Below are positions 11,490 through 23,373 of a stretch of DNA of 64,000 nt, one piece after another. The notes beneath the pieces were generated by a model, which was not told where the DNA came from, did not search any database, and worked only from the letters and a program-made list of their open reading frames with translations. Source of the stretch: Octopus sinensis (taxonomy: Eukaryota); NCBI RefSeq assembly GCF_006345805.1, contig NC_043003.1, forward strand, positions 68,882,001 through 68,946,000, written 5' to 3'. The translations under genes were made by a program, and so were the position numbers. Positions within the stretch are counted from its first letter, which is position 1. Every line of letters starts with the position of its first letter.

Positions 11490-12078
11490 TATCGGTTTCA
11501 CACATTTGACTGCGGCCATGCTGGAGCACCGCCTTTAGTCGAACAATTCGACCCCCAGGAATTATTCTTTGCAAGCCTAGTAATTATCCTATCGGACACT
11601 TTTGCCGAACCGCTAAGTTACGGGGACGGAAACACACCAACATTGGTAGTCAATCGATGGGGTGGGGACAAACACAGACACACAAACATGTATACATCTA
11701 TCTATATATATATATATAGTTGGAATTCACAAATAAAAACAAAAGATGAAGACGGGTATGCAAACAACAAACAGGTGTATATATTTTAACGCTCGGGAAG
11801 GTGAGAAAGTCTTTTACGTTTCGATCCGACGCTCTTCAACAGAAAGGAACATGAGAAACTAAACAGAGAGAGAATTAAAAAAAAAACTTTAGTGTCTAGC
11901 GATCGATCATAGCGATGGCTGGACAGTGATGGTCATGTACCAGATCCACTCACAAGGCTTTGGTCGGCCCGAGACTATAGTAGAAGAAACTCGCCAAAGT
12001 TAACACGCAATGGGACTGAACCCGGAATCATGTGGTTGGGATGCAAGTTTCTTACCACACGCCAACACCTGCGCCTGT
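11490..12078 (-). mobile_element. Family-A SINE split at its central (TA)n by a Penelope-like fragment (~11718-11935)
   Basis: SINE tail 11490-11700 and head 11935-12078. The insert carries the HHR-like ttGAAGAgcgtcggatcGAAAcgTA on the minus strand (11809-11847). Confidence 0.7.
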
Positions 12079-12155
12079 AATATATATAATATATAAATAT
12101 GTTAAATATATATATATGAGTATATTTTTTTATATATTTGTGTGTGTGTGTATCC

Positions 12156-12340
12156 GAACTTCAGGTTAGTTACAATTATATTCGTGACATATTTCAACTT
12201 CTAGAGGCAAATTCACTGCAGGTGCTTTTAAAACTTTTTTTTTACCATATGTGAGAACTTTTCCTCCCCGATAACTGCAGTGAATTTCCTTCTGGAAGTT
12301 GAAATGTTTTCGCAAGCATATATTAACTGACTTAAAATTC
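12156..12340. repeat. Fold-back palindrome between (TG)n and (TA)n
   Basis: atttcaacttctagaggcaaattcactgcag / ctgcagtgaatttccttctggaagttgaaat, with imperfect pairing extending outward. Confidence 0.7.
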
Positions 12341-12381
12341 CCTCATTCCTAAACACTGCTAGGCACTGATTCTGCTGTAAC

Positions 12382-12442
<61 letters not shown>

Positions 12443-12591
12443 TATATATATATATATATATATATCTATATATATACATATATATACATATACATATATA
12501 TATATATATATAATATATATATATATATATACAGATACATATATATATACATATACATATATATATACATATATATATATATATACATATA

Positions 12592-12646
<55 letters not shown>

Positions 12647-12737
12647 CATATATATATACATATATTATATATACATATTATATATATATAATATATATAC
12701 ATATATATATATATTATATATATAATATATAATATAT

Positions 12738-12767
<30 letters not shown>

Positions 12768-12768
<1 letters not shown>

Positions 12769-12932
12769 GGCGCGGAAGCGGTCGTGTGGTAAGTAGCTTG
12801 CTTAGCAGCCGCATTGTTCCGGGTTCAGTCCCATTGCGTGGCACTTTCGGCAAGTATCTTCAACTATAGCCCCGGGCCGACCAACGCCTTGTGAGTGGGT
12901 TTGCTAGACGGAAACTGAAAGAAGCCTGTCTT
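12768..12932 (+). mobile_element. Family-A SINE head
   Basis: ggcgcggaagcggtcgtgtggtaagtagcttgc...gggttcagtccc (B-box)...gaaactgaaagaagcc. Confidence 0.85.
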
Positions 12933-13669
12933 ATATATGTATGTGTGTGCGTGTGTGTGTATGTATGTATGTATGTATATATGTATGTATGCATATATGT
13001 ATGTATGTATTCCACACAATTTCCAACTGCCAAATATAATCAGAAGGCATTGGATGGCCGGGATCTATATTAAAAGACACCTCACCTTTTGCAGACCGGC
13101 GTGCAGTTGCATATATTGAATCCGAATCCGCTTGAGTTCAAAGCGAGATTTTTAACCATACACCAATGTGTGATAATACAGTTTTGTTATTAAACAGCGC
13201 AATCATCTATCATCTCACTGAACCAAGGCAATATAGAATCGTTGAGTGTTCTACACAGACAAAGGGGGACCAGCTTGCTTTGGCATTAGAACTCGCCGTC
13301 TTCTGACTTCTATCCGCTATCTTAACATCTGTTATTCAGTTAGACGCTTCACCACAACAGTTCAAACTTAACATAAACTTTTATTGATTTCGCTTTCCAG
13401 TTCGTTTTATTACCCAGCTTTGTCAACATCTGTTAGGTTACATGTAAAACTTCATGTTAGGAATGCGTAGGTTTGTCGCTGTTCATGTTGTTCCTGCAGC
13501 TTGTCGTTTGAATAATGCAAACCCTCCAGGAGATATGCTGTCTCAATTATACCAGAGTACAAGAAAAAACTTCCACGGGGAATTTATATGCTCTAAATTA
13601 ATTAACAAATAGCATTTCTAGTTGAGCTTAAGAAATGAATGTTTGTCTTCATTTGTTATTCGTCTTTTT

Positions 13670-13729
<60 letters not shown>

Positions 13730-14344
13730 CCTATCTCCCTGCCTCTCTCACAACCCACTTCCCCTTTCTTTCTCGGCTGCTCTCTCCATTTCAATCTGGC
13801 TTTTCTGTTCACTCTTCGATATATAGATTACATTCAGTATTAGATTTGTTTAAAGCTAAATTTTCTATTACTCTACCTCGACAGTTCTGATAGCACTGGT
13901 AAATCTAATCTGTTACTGGTAATAACTAAGTGAAATTACAGCTACGGGTTTGTGTTAAGTTAATAACATTCGGTGATTAGGAAAATTCAAGAAAACTCTC
14001 GTATTGGTTCAGAGTTGTATTCCGGAGATGCGCTTCTAGAAAACAAAGTGTGAAATTATTATAAATTGCAGATCTGAGAATACCAGAACTTAAAGCATAA
14101 TAAGTTCATAGATATGACTTGTTTCTCTTGTAATGTTAATGAACAACGAAATTTTTACATAATGTTTCAGCATACAAGAAATAGTTGCCAAATCTCCCTC
14201 AATCCACATCCTACAGTTATGAGAAATACAAATCAGATAACGTAGTTCAGAGTACATAAGCAATGCTTGAACCGAATCTGGTGCCTTTATGTTTTTAATA
14301 TTGGTAAATACGAGTAGTCTTATGGTTAAACGATAACAGAAGCA

Positions 14345-14520
14345 GCACATTCATCCATCCGTCGATGCTCTCGGTGTCGTGGGGTTGACCTGCTTTCTCT
14401 TCTGCGGGTCTTACGAATAGCAAAGGACCACGTTTCGAACTTCACCCACTACAAGGGGCGCGATCTTGCAAGCTCTGGGACGAAGACCGCTTCGCTCAAC
14501 AGCAACAGCAGCAGCAACAA
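14345..14520 (+). repeat. GC-rich short interspersed element-like fragment with (CAA/CAG)n tail
   Basis: Compositionally distinct island ending in caacagcaacagcagcagcaac; family not identified. Confidence 0.35.
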
Positions 14521-15414
14521 AGTGCTGTTGGCTTACTTGATATAGTAAACTATTAATTCTATCCTTCTGCTAACATTGGAATGTATAGATATTTCTACAA
14601 TTCATATCATTTCTTTTTTCATGTGACTGAGAGTTTCTTTGCAGAACCATCAACGATGCTTGTACGCATGCGTGTATATACATACATTAGTGTGTGCGTG
14701 TGAACGTGTGTGTATGAGAGTGAAAGAGAGAGAGAGGGGGGAGTGTGTATCTCTGTGTATGAATGAGTGAGCGAGTATGTGTGTGTGTGTGTTTCTGTAT
14801 GTGTGTGTGTGAGTGTGTGTGTCATTCTGTCTAACTCTTCTGATAGATTTGTTAGGTTGCCGAATAGAATGCCCAACAGTAGTTTGTTCCGGATCTCTCC
14901 TTTCTACAATAAAATCCTTTTGGTATAAGTTTCATCACTCCTCTTTTCGGGATCGATAAATAAAGTATAATTCCTGGTCACAGATATCTTGACATTTTAT
15001 ATGAATTTGTAGTAATCGTTGTCATAGCGATCCATCAATCGAGAGCATATTTCCAGTGAAATGATTATATCATAATATCAAGAAAAACAATTTAATAGTC
15101 TACTTCGTCTCTTGTCTATCCCCACATTCTCAAATCTGCAGACAACTTCCACTATTTTATTGTGTTTTCATGAATAAGTAAAATGGGGAAATTATATCTG
15201 TATATAAATGTATTATATTCCTTCATTCGGTTATGAATACATCACTGTCAGGGTATTATTATGTAATATGTATTAGGCAAATGATACGACTATATCATTG
15301 TTCTCACCTATGTCTTGATGCATGATATTTGATTTGTCACACTCAGATTATTGAAATGATTGTAAGCCACGGAATAAATTCAATTCAAGCAACTCCCGTT
15401 CCTCACTTATTATA

Positions 15415-16695
15415 TTGGGTTGTCCATAAAGTACGTGCCGATTTATAATAGCTTACCTATCGACTTATTTTAGAATTTGGTTGAGTCCATAAAATAGAAT
15501 TTGACTACACCTCCATTTAGAGCACAGTTTAAGCTATTTTTTCGTGGAAGAAGGTTTATGTTCCTATAACCTGTGTTTATTCTGTATCCCTTTAAAATGG
15601 AAGATAAGAAAGTTCATTTTCGGCACTTGATGCTTTTCTTTTTCCGTAAAGGGAAAAATGCCTCACAAGCAACCAAAGAAATATTCGCAGTTTAAGGTGA
15701 TGTTTCTTTATCCGAAAGAACTGTACGGAAGTGGTTTGCAAGGTTCCGAGCTAGAGATTGTAGCCTTATTGATAAAGAACGATCAGGCAGTCCATCCGCT
15801 ACAGATGATGACCAAATCAAGTCATTAATTGAGAATAACCCATATTACACAACCCGAGAATTGGCAGAAAGCCTTAACCTATCAAAATCCGTCGTTCATG
15901 AGCACCTGGTAAAGCTTGGGTACACAAATCGCTACAATGTTTGGGTACCACATGAGTTGAGTGAGAAGAACGTTTTGGATCGCATTTCCATCTGTGATTC
16001 GCTTTATAAACGGAATGAAAACGCACCTTTTATAAAGCAAAGTGTGACAGGTGATGAGAAATGGATTATCTACCGAAATGTTCAGTGAAAGCGATCCTGG
16101 AGTAAGCAACATGAGCCACACTTAGCCACCCCAAAAGCGGGTCTGAACCCTAAAAAGTCTTGCTTTGTGTCTGGTGGGATAAGAAAGGAATTATGTACTA
16201 TGAGCTTCTTCCTAGTAACCAGACAATTAATTCTGAGAAATACTGCACACAACTGGACGAGTTAAAAGCAGCAATTCAAGAGAAACGTCCAGAATTGGCC
16301 AACAGGAAGGGTGTTGTTTTCTAACATGATAGTGCAAGACCGCACGTTTCTTTGGGAACCAGACAAAAATTGTTGCAGCTCGGCTGGGATGTGTTGCCTC
16401 CCTCCAAATTCACCAGATATTGCTCCTTCGGATTTCCACTTGTTCAGGTCTCTGCAAAATAGTCTTAATGGTAAAAGTTTCAATTCCTTGGATGACGTAA
16501 AAAATTACCTTGATGAATTCTTTGACATGACACTACCTCAATTCTGCGAAGAGGGTATTTTCAAGTTAAAGGAAAGATGGAGATGCATTGTGCAACAAAA
16601 TGGTTCTTATTTGGTTGATTGAAAATGTAATGGCAAGTATTTATTGACCTTTTTCTTTCCTTTAAAAATCGGCATGAACTTTCCGGACAACCCAA
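15415..16695 (+). mobile_element. Full-length mariner transposon (mellifera-subfamily-like), inactive
   Basis: TA|ttgggttgtccataaagtacgtgccgattt ... aaatcggcatgaactttccggacaacccaa|TA; 1281 bp. Confidence 0.95.
15597..16622 (+). pseudogene. Mariner DD34D transposase with stops and frameshifts
   Basis: MEDKKVHFRHLMLFFFRKGKNASQA; WVPHEL; VTGDEKW; HDSARPH; [22 protein letters not shown]. Confidence 0.95.
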
Positions 16696-16697
16696 TA

Positions 16698-17170
16698 CAT
16701 ACTTCGCGAGGGAATAAAGCCTTCTCCATTTTACATCTGGTGGATTACGCTTGATTTCTATGTCCTTCAACTCTCAGCATCATCACCGTTCGTACCAACC
16801 CTAATTTATAAATTACGAATACTAACGCCAGTGGTAACTGCAACAAGCCTCTTTTACGATAAAGACCTGATGTGTTCAATATCCGACGTAGTCCTAGCCT
16901 CTTTCTAATGAACATATTAAACTTTTGTTCAATGATTTGAACTCGTGACAATGCCACCTCGTATATTAAAAATGACCACGAAAGGCGCAGATACAAGCCA
17001 AACTGTAGGTGCCATATTTTATATTTACCTAGTAGCATTGAGTTATCAATTGCCGTTAATCCAATCTCGGCTTGCTTCATAATTTGCATCCCGCGACACC
17101 TTTCTGATAATGTTCTAGCGTATACATGCCACAAGCTCTTGACGGGTTCTTCCTTGAGTGTTGGAGTGTT
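16698..17170 (-). mobile_element. Hero/R2-group non-LTR RT thumb-region fragment
   Basis: PTLKEEPVKSL; LLGKYKIWHLQFGLYLRLSWSFLIYEV...RKRLGLRR.LNTSGLY...LQLP (ORF 16745-17134). Confidence 0.75.
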
Positions 17171-17199
17171 AATTTAAATTTAAATTTAAAATGACAGTG

Positions 17200-17853
17200 A
17201 TAAATTTGATATCGATTTAATTAACATCAATTTAACACCAGTGGTCTAGAATATTGAAGTCTGAAGATTCAGTAAGTTGTATTATATACATATGAGAGGG
17301 ATTACCATTATATGGACAATCATTATGCTGGAAGTAGATCCGCTATTGTTTTACCACTAAGAAATGTTCTCAAGAAAAATTTAGCAAACAACAGAACGTA
17401 AGTGAGCAAGATAAATGAAAAGTAACACTAAAATTCGTTCTGTAACCGGCAAAGGCCACTGCAGTAAATTATTTTCTGCAGTATTATTTTCCGGTAATTT
17501 AGCGCGCCAAAACGAGGACTTTGGAAAAATAACGGCAAGTGTTACAGGTAGAACTATGTACAAGTCTGACCTCGTGCAGACGTCATCGTATATAGTTCTG
17601 CAAATTATATTTGTATGGACGGTCACACTGAAGATCTACGGACAAATTGCGTAAGTAAAATTACGTAATTCTGTTAGTAGTGAAACATGTATGTGAATAA
17701 TCTATATTTTTGCTACTTTTCATTTGGCTTGCTCCCTTACGTTCTGGTGTTTGCTAAATTTTTCTTGAGAACATTTCTCTTAGTGAGAACATTTCTTAGT
17801 GGATATAATTCTAGCATAAGGGTTGTCCACATAGTGGTCATCCCTCTCATTTG

Positions 17854-17857
<4 letters not shown>
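17200..17857. repeat. Fold-back palindrome of the 1-200 family with a MITE in its loop
   Basis: Arm 17285-17340 (atgagagggattaccattatatggacaatcattatgctgg) pairs with 17801-17857. The extension resembles 1-72. Confidence 0.7.
17355..17801. mobile_element. MITE with ~75-bp TIRs starting CACTA (CMC/EnSpm-like)
   Basis: cactaagaaatgttctcaagaaaaatttagcaaacaacagaacgtaagtgagcaag / cttgctcccttacgttctggtgtttgctaaattttcttgagaacatttc..ttagtg; no clear TSD. Confidence 0.7.
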
Positions 17858-17890
<33 letters not shown>

Positions 17891-17891
17891 A

Positions 17892-18100
17892 AGGCAAGCT
17901 GGCAGAATCTTTGGCACACCAGGTGAAATGCTCACCGGTATATCGTCTGCAATTACGTTTTGAGTTCAAATTCCGCCGAGGTCGACTTTGCATTTCATTC
18001 TTCCGGGGTCGATCACGCAGTGGGGTCGATGTAATTGATTTAATCCCTTTGTTTGTCCCGTCTGTGTTTACCCCCACTCCCCCCGTGTGGAATAAAGAAA
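17892..18100 (+). mobile_element. Family-B SINE
   Basis: ggcaagctggcagaatc...gagttcaaattccgccgaggtcgactttg. Confidence 0.8.
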
Positions 18101-18135
18101 TACACACTCCCCCCACCCCCACACACCCACACACC

Positions 18136-18224
<89 letters not shown>

Positions 18225-18225
<1 letters not shown>

Positions 18226-18454
18226 GTTTCTTCTCGAGCCATAAGGGCCGGTTTCCCGTTTCAGTGTCGTAGAAATTCCCCACCTGGACGAGACGCCGGT
18301 CCGTCGCAGGATTACTCATTTTTGCCAGCTGAGTGGACTGGAGCAACGTGAAATGAAGTGTTTTTCTCAAGAACACAACGCATCGCCCGGTCCAGGAATC
18401 GAAGCCACCTTACGATCATAAGTTCAACACCCTAACCACTAAGCCACGCGCCTC

Positions 18455-18455
<1 letters not shown>
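18225..18455 (-). mobile_element. Family-C SINE head with V-domain-like tail
   Basis: Reverse complement ggcgcgtggcttagtggttaggg...gttgtgttcttgagaaaaacacttc...cctgcgacggaccggcgtctcgtccagg...gaaaccggccc. Confidence 0.8.
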
Positions 18456-18524
<69 letters not shown>

Positions 18525-19916
18525 CATATGTGTGCGTGTGTGCATGTGGGTGCTTGCTCGCGTGTGTGTTAGTGTGCGTGTATGTGTCAGTATTATTTGT
18601 GAAAAATACTTTTTCCGTGTAGCGTGCTAACTTAGAAAATTCTTACTTGAAATAAGCAGTAAGCTCTAAAATCTATTATGGATGTGTTCTTAAATATAAT
18701 GAAAAAAGACGCTTGTTAAATTATTTATGAAAGGAATGGTTTCTGTACAAATTTGAATTTTCCCTGTCACAAACATTTTTCTTCTCGAGGAGCTTCGAAT
18801 TGAAAATATGGCTGTTGATTTAATCATATAGTTTTCTTCCATGTTTTAGCCTTCAATATTTATTTCTGTTCGAAATATTGCATCAACATTTGATTTTTTT
18901 AAAGTAAGAAGTAATTGAGAATATGAAATTCTTCCAACCGGAATATGTCTCTCGTGAAATATTTTTGTCAAAACAATATTTTATTCAAGATATGTATTAT
19001 TCGTTCATTCTACATGACAGTTAAAACTGATGAGATGGTCTCAAAACGATTTGGACCGAGTTATGCAGTTCTGGATATCCCAAAAAAAAAACGGAATCTG
19101 GTGTATTTTACCATCTTTTTAATATCAGTATGTTGAATCCCGTATAATACATCAAGCAATGGAATATTGTGGAATTCTCAGCAAATACCGAATCAATAAC
19201 TACTTTTTCATTCCCACTAATGAAACTACAAAAGGTAAAAAAAGATGGACCTGCAAAAGGTCGGCAAATCACACGAAAGTATACAATACAAACGGATATT
19301 TGGCTTATACAGATTTGAATAGATTTAGCGTAGTTTTGTTTATTGTTCACATGCTTTGAACGTTATTGTTCTGCTCCTCACATATGCACATTTTCCTCCT
19401 TATCCAATAATTTCCCTCATATTATTTGTGCGTGTTGTTCTCCTTACACCTACTCAGAAGAAATTGGCACGACTTCGCCGATGTAATAACCGCACAAACA
19501 CGCGTGCGCGCGCACAACTGTGTGGCGGAGGAAGGGGGAGTATGTTAGTGAGCGTGTTTATGTTTGTGAGTGTGTATGCGTGTGCTAGTGTGTATTTGTG
19601 TTTGTGCGTAATAACAGTGTTTATCAGCGTACACTAAAACATTTTTTTTTATGAATTCGCACTGCTGATATTAGCGCATATATCCGTAGGATTTATAAGG
19701 CGTCAAACACGGTAAATACAACTGATTTGTTTGCAAGTGCCTTGAGAAGGTTCAAAGCAATGAGGGCCTTGAGGTTATAATTGGTTTTAATATTAGTTTA
19801 ATAAAAGGTTGCCCGACTAAAACTAGTCACAGACAGATCCTATTTCTAACAGCTAGCATTGAAGACGTCAATACGTCACAGCATAAGCTGAAAATCAGAT
19901 TCCATCTCAAGTCTAT

Positions 19917-19948
<32 letters not shown>

Positions 19949-19972
19949 CATACATACATACATACATACATC

Positions 19973-20470
19973 ATCAAAGCAGTGTATCATGGAGCAATAA
20001 CCAGATTACTACTTGCCACTTTGAAGAGCATACGTTTGCAATCCAGGAAATATCAACCAAATACCCGATGCACAAAAGAGATAGAAATGCAGGAAAAGCA
20101 GTAAAATGTGATAACCGATGCAGACTTTGTGGAGTTAACACCGAAGATATCACCCACATCATAAACAGTTGTCCAAAAATGTCATCACGGTATCATCTAC
20201 CGATGAGACATGATGTTGTAGCTAGGGCATTTTTTGATGAAGTCTGTCGGAAGAATAACCCCGAGGACAAAGAAATAAGAAATCAGTATGGTTGAAGTTA
20301 TAGCCACACATAAAACAAAACATACAAATATGCGCATATACATACATACACACAAACAAAAATACCCTGTTGTTGATGTTGAATTTCCAAGGAAGGAGCC
20401 ATAGATCTATGTTAGGAACCGGCTCTTTCCCTATTGGCAAGAAGTCTTGAAATAAAGCTGAATAATGACA
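19973..20470 (+). mobile_element. Dong/R4-clade LINE fragment flanked by (TACA)n on both sides
   Basis: ORF 20068-20295 CRLCGVNTEDITHIINSCPKMSSRYHLPMRHDVVAR (CCHC plus RH motif); same 3' UTR as the 2271-2752 copy. Confidence 0.85.
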
Positions 20471-20481
20471 TACATACATAC

Positions 20482-20529
<48 letters not shown>

Positions 20530-20800
20530 GTACGTACATACGTACATACATACATACATTATTGTGACAGGCCCAATTGAATTCGTCCCAAAACGTTCAT
20601 TTGTCCCACAGTGCCTTTAAAATCATGACATCTGAACAAGCAAATGGTCAATAGAATTATTACATATTTCCATATATTATGACATGTATTACGTAACATT
20701 GTATGAGATATAGAACAAAAATATCGTCCATTAATGGAAACAATTTTAATGTTGATTTTACTTCTCCTTTCCTCATCTAAATTTGTACTTTATATATATA

Positions 20801-20878
<78 letters not shown>

Positions 20879-20885
20879 CAGGCAT

Positions 20886-20916
<31 letters not shown>

Positions 20917-21339
20917 AAGAATAGAAATATAGAAATATAGAAAGATAGAAAAAAAGAAAGAAAGAAATATAAAAAGGAATGGGGTGGCAACAATCGTCGG
21001 GATATATCATTGAATACGGTATGTTTCCACTTCTTTTCCAGATTTTCCTTATTATCTGTTGGTTGTGACTCCATTAAGAAGCGTTACAGTTGCTTTGCGT
21101 CGGAGCAATATTTGAGCACATTTTATAGACAACCGGAACAGATATGTTATACCTCACTCGACACTCTAACAATTACCACACTTCACTGTCATGGACTGGT
21201 ACCAATAAGTATTATTATTTTCAGCGAAAGGAACGAAGAAGTTAATTTCGGAGAGATTTGAAGGCAAAGCGTAGAGATTCAGAGAAATCCTGCGTGGCAT
21301 TCATATAAACACTACAACAACTCTACCAGTTCATAACAA

Positions 21340-21397
<58 letters not shown>

Positions 21398-21399
21398 AT

Positions 21400-22246
21400 T
21401 CTGTTATTCTTTTAATTGTTTCATGGTGGAGCACCGCCTTCAGTCGACCGCAGTACTTATTCTTTGTAAGCATAGAACTTATTCTATCGGCCTGCTTTGC
21501 CGAAACGCCAAGTTACGGAGACGTAAACATACCACCATCAGTTGTCAAGCGATGTTGTGGGGACAAACACAGACACAAACATATACACATACATAGATAC
21601 ATATATATATATATAAATGGATGAATGAATTATTCTTTGTTTACCGTTAACAGGGAAAATTCAATAAACAGTTACAAGGGTAGCAAAATGCACGCAAGTA
21701 ACACATACATAGATACATATATATGTATATATAAATGGATGAATGAATTATCCTTTGTTTACCGTTAACAGGGAAAATTCAATAAACGGTTACTAGGGTA
21801 GCAAAATACACGCAAGTAACACAAATGAAGCGACCTATTCAAAGATTGAAACTCCAGGTTAATGTGCAGTAATTTGTGTAGTATAAGTAAATAAATGGAG
21901 TCATCGTAATTGCTATAATGTCTTGTTGAGATGGGTTCTCTTTCTTTCCTGATGAGAAGATTGCATTTTACACCGTTTATTCCTTTGGAATAAAACCAAT
22001 GTTATCTTCGAAACATATTTCGAAAGTAAAAGAATTTTAATAACATCTTCGTTCAGCTCCATTTATTTACTTATATGTATATATATACGACGGGCTTCTC
22101 TCAGTTTCCGTCTACCAAATCCACTCGCAAAGCTTTGGTCAACCCAGGGCTTTAGTGGAAGACACCTACCCAAGGTGCCACGCAGTGGGATTAAACCCGG
22201 AACCATATGGTTGGTAAGCAAGCTACTTACCACACAGTCACTCCTG
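21400..22246 (-). mobile_element. Family-A SINE split at its central microsatellite by an HHR element (~21615-22075)
   Basis: Tail 21400-21590, head 22087-22246. Confidence 0.75.
21944..22026 (+). ncRNA. Type I hammerhead ribozyme with extended stem II
   Basis: ctttc|CTGATGA|gaagat..tttattcc-ttt-ggaataaa..atcttc|GAAA|catatt|TC|gaaag. Stem III has one mismatch; enclosed by a perfect 19-bp stem 21882-21900/22057-22075. Confidence 0.8.
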
Positions 22247-22305
22247 AGTCCACAGTAATAATAATGATACTAATAATAATAATAATGATAATAATAATAA
22301 TAATA

Positions 22306-22341
<36 letters not shown>

Positions 22342-22966
22342 GTTGTTGTTGTTTGTAGTTCTTAGGTGCACTACAGGATGTATTCACATATATATTAGAA
22401 ATTATATGTGTGTGCGTATGTGTGTGTATATGTGTGGGATAAGGGCGTGAGTGTGTGACTCTCTGTGTTTGTTTGTTTATATATATAATGTGTGTATGTG
22501 TGTATGTGAATATATATATATTTTTTTATGATATGATATGTCATGTATAATATATGATATATGATGTATATTCGGCCTTTACATGTCATGAAAAATATAT
22601 CCGAAACATTTTGAAAAATGACGGTGTTTCGGTGCCTGTGCGTGTGGGTGAGTGTGTGGAAGCATATTTCTGTGTCCGCGTGCATGCGTGAGCGCGTATG
22701 CACATGCACATATGTGCGTGCATGTGTGTGTACGTATGCATGTCTGTGTGTGTGTGTGTGTGTTTACGTGTGTGCGGAGGGGGGGGCGCACTTGTGTAGT
22801 ATAGAAGCCATAACGTTTTGATTTTTTTCTAAATAAAAATTCCGTTTCCTATCGTGTTTCTGTTCTTTTTGATCGAAAGAGAACAAAAATAAACGTTGCA
22901 CGTTTGATGTTGAAATCCTATTGTTACGGCCGCACGTTTATTTGAAGGAAATACATATCCACAATG

Positions 22967-23022
<56 letters not shown>

Positions 23023-23373
23023 TTTCATGCTACATGAAAAGGATTCAATACAAACATCCCAACCGTGATGCTGGTACAACAGATGAAAGAAAAATGTAGC
23101 AAAGTTCATTATTATAAAGCATTTCATATTATCAAACAAATAAGAAATTAATTCGTCCCAAAAAACATTGAGGAATGATCAGACAGTTTTGATTGGCCGA
23201 CTGGAAGCCTTTGATTGTGGGCCTCGAAATAGTAAAAGCGCGATAGAAATGTAATTTCATTTAAAATACATTTGTAATAGATCGAATTATTACAAGTGCA
23301 TTCTTCGAATTTGAACTTTTCAAAGATGATAGGCACTGGTGTGGCTGTGTGGTAAGAAGCTGGCAGATTATAT

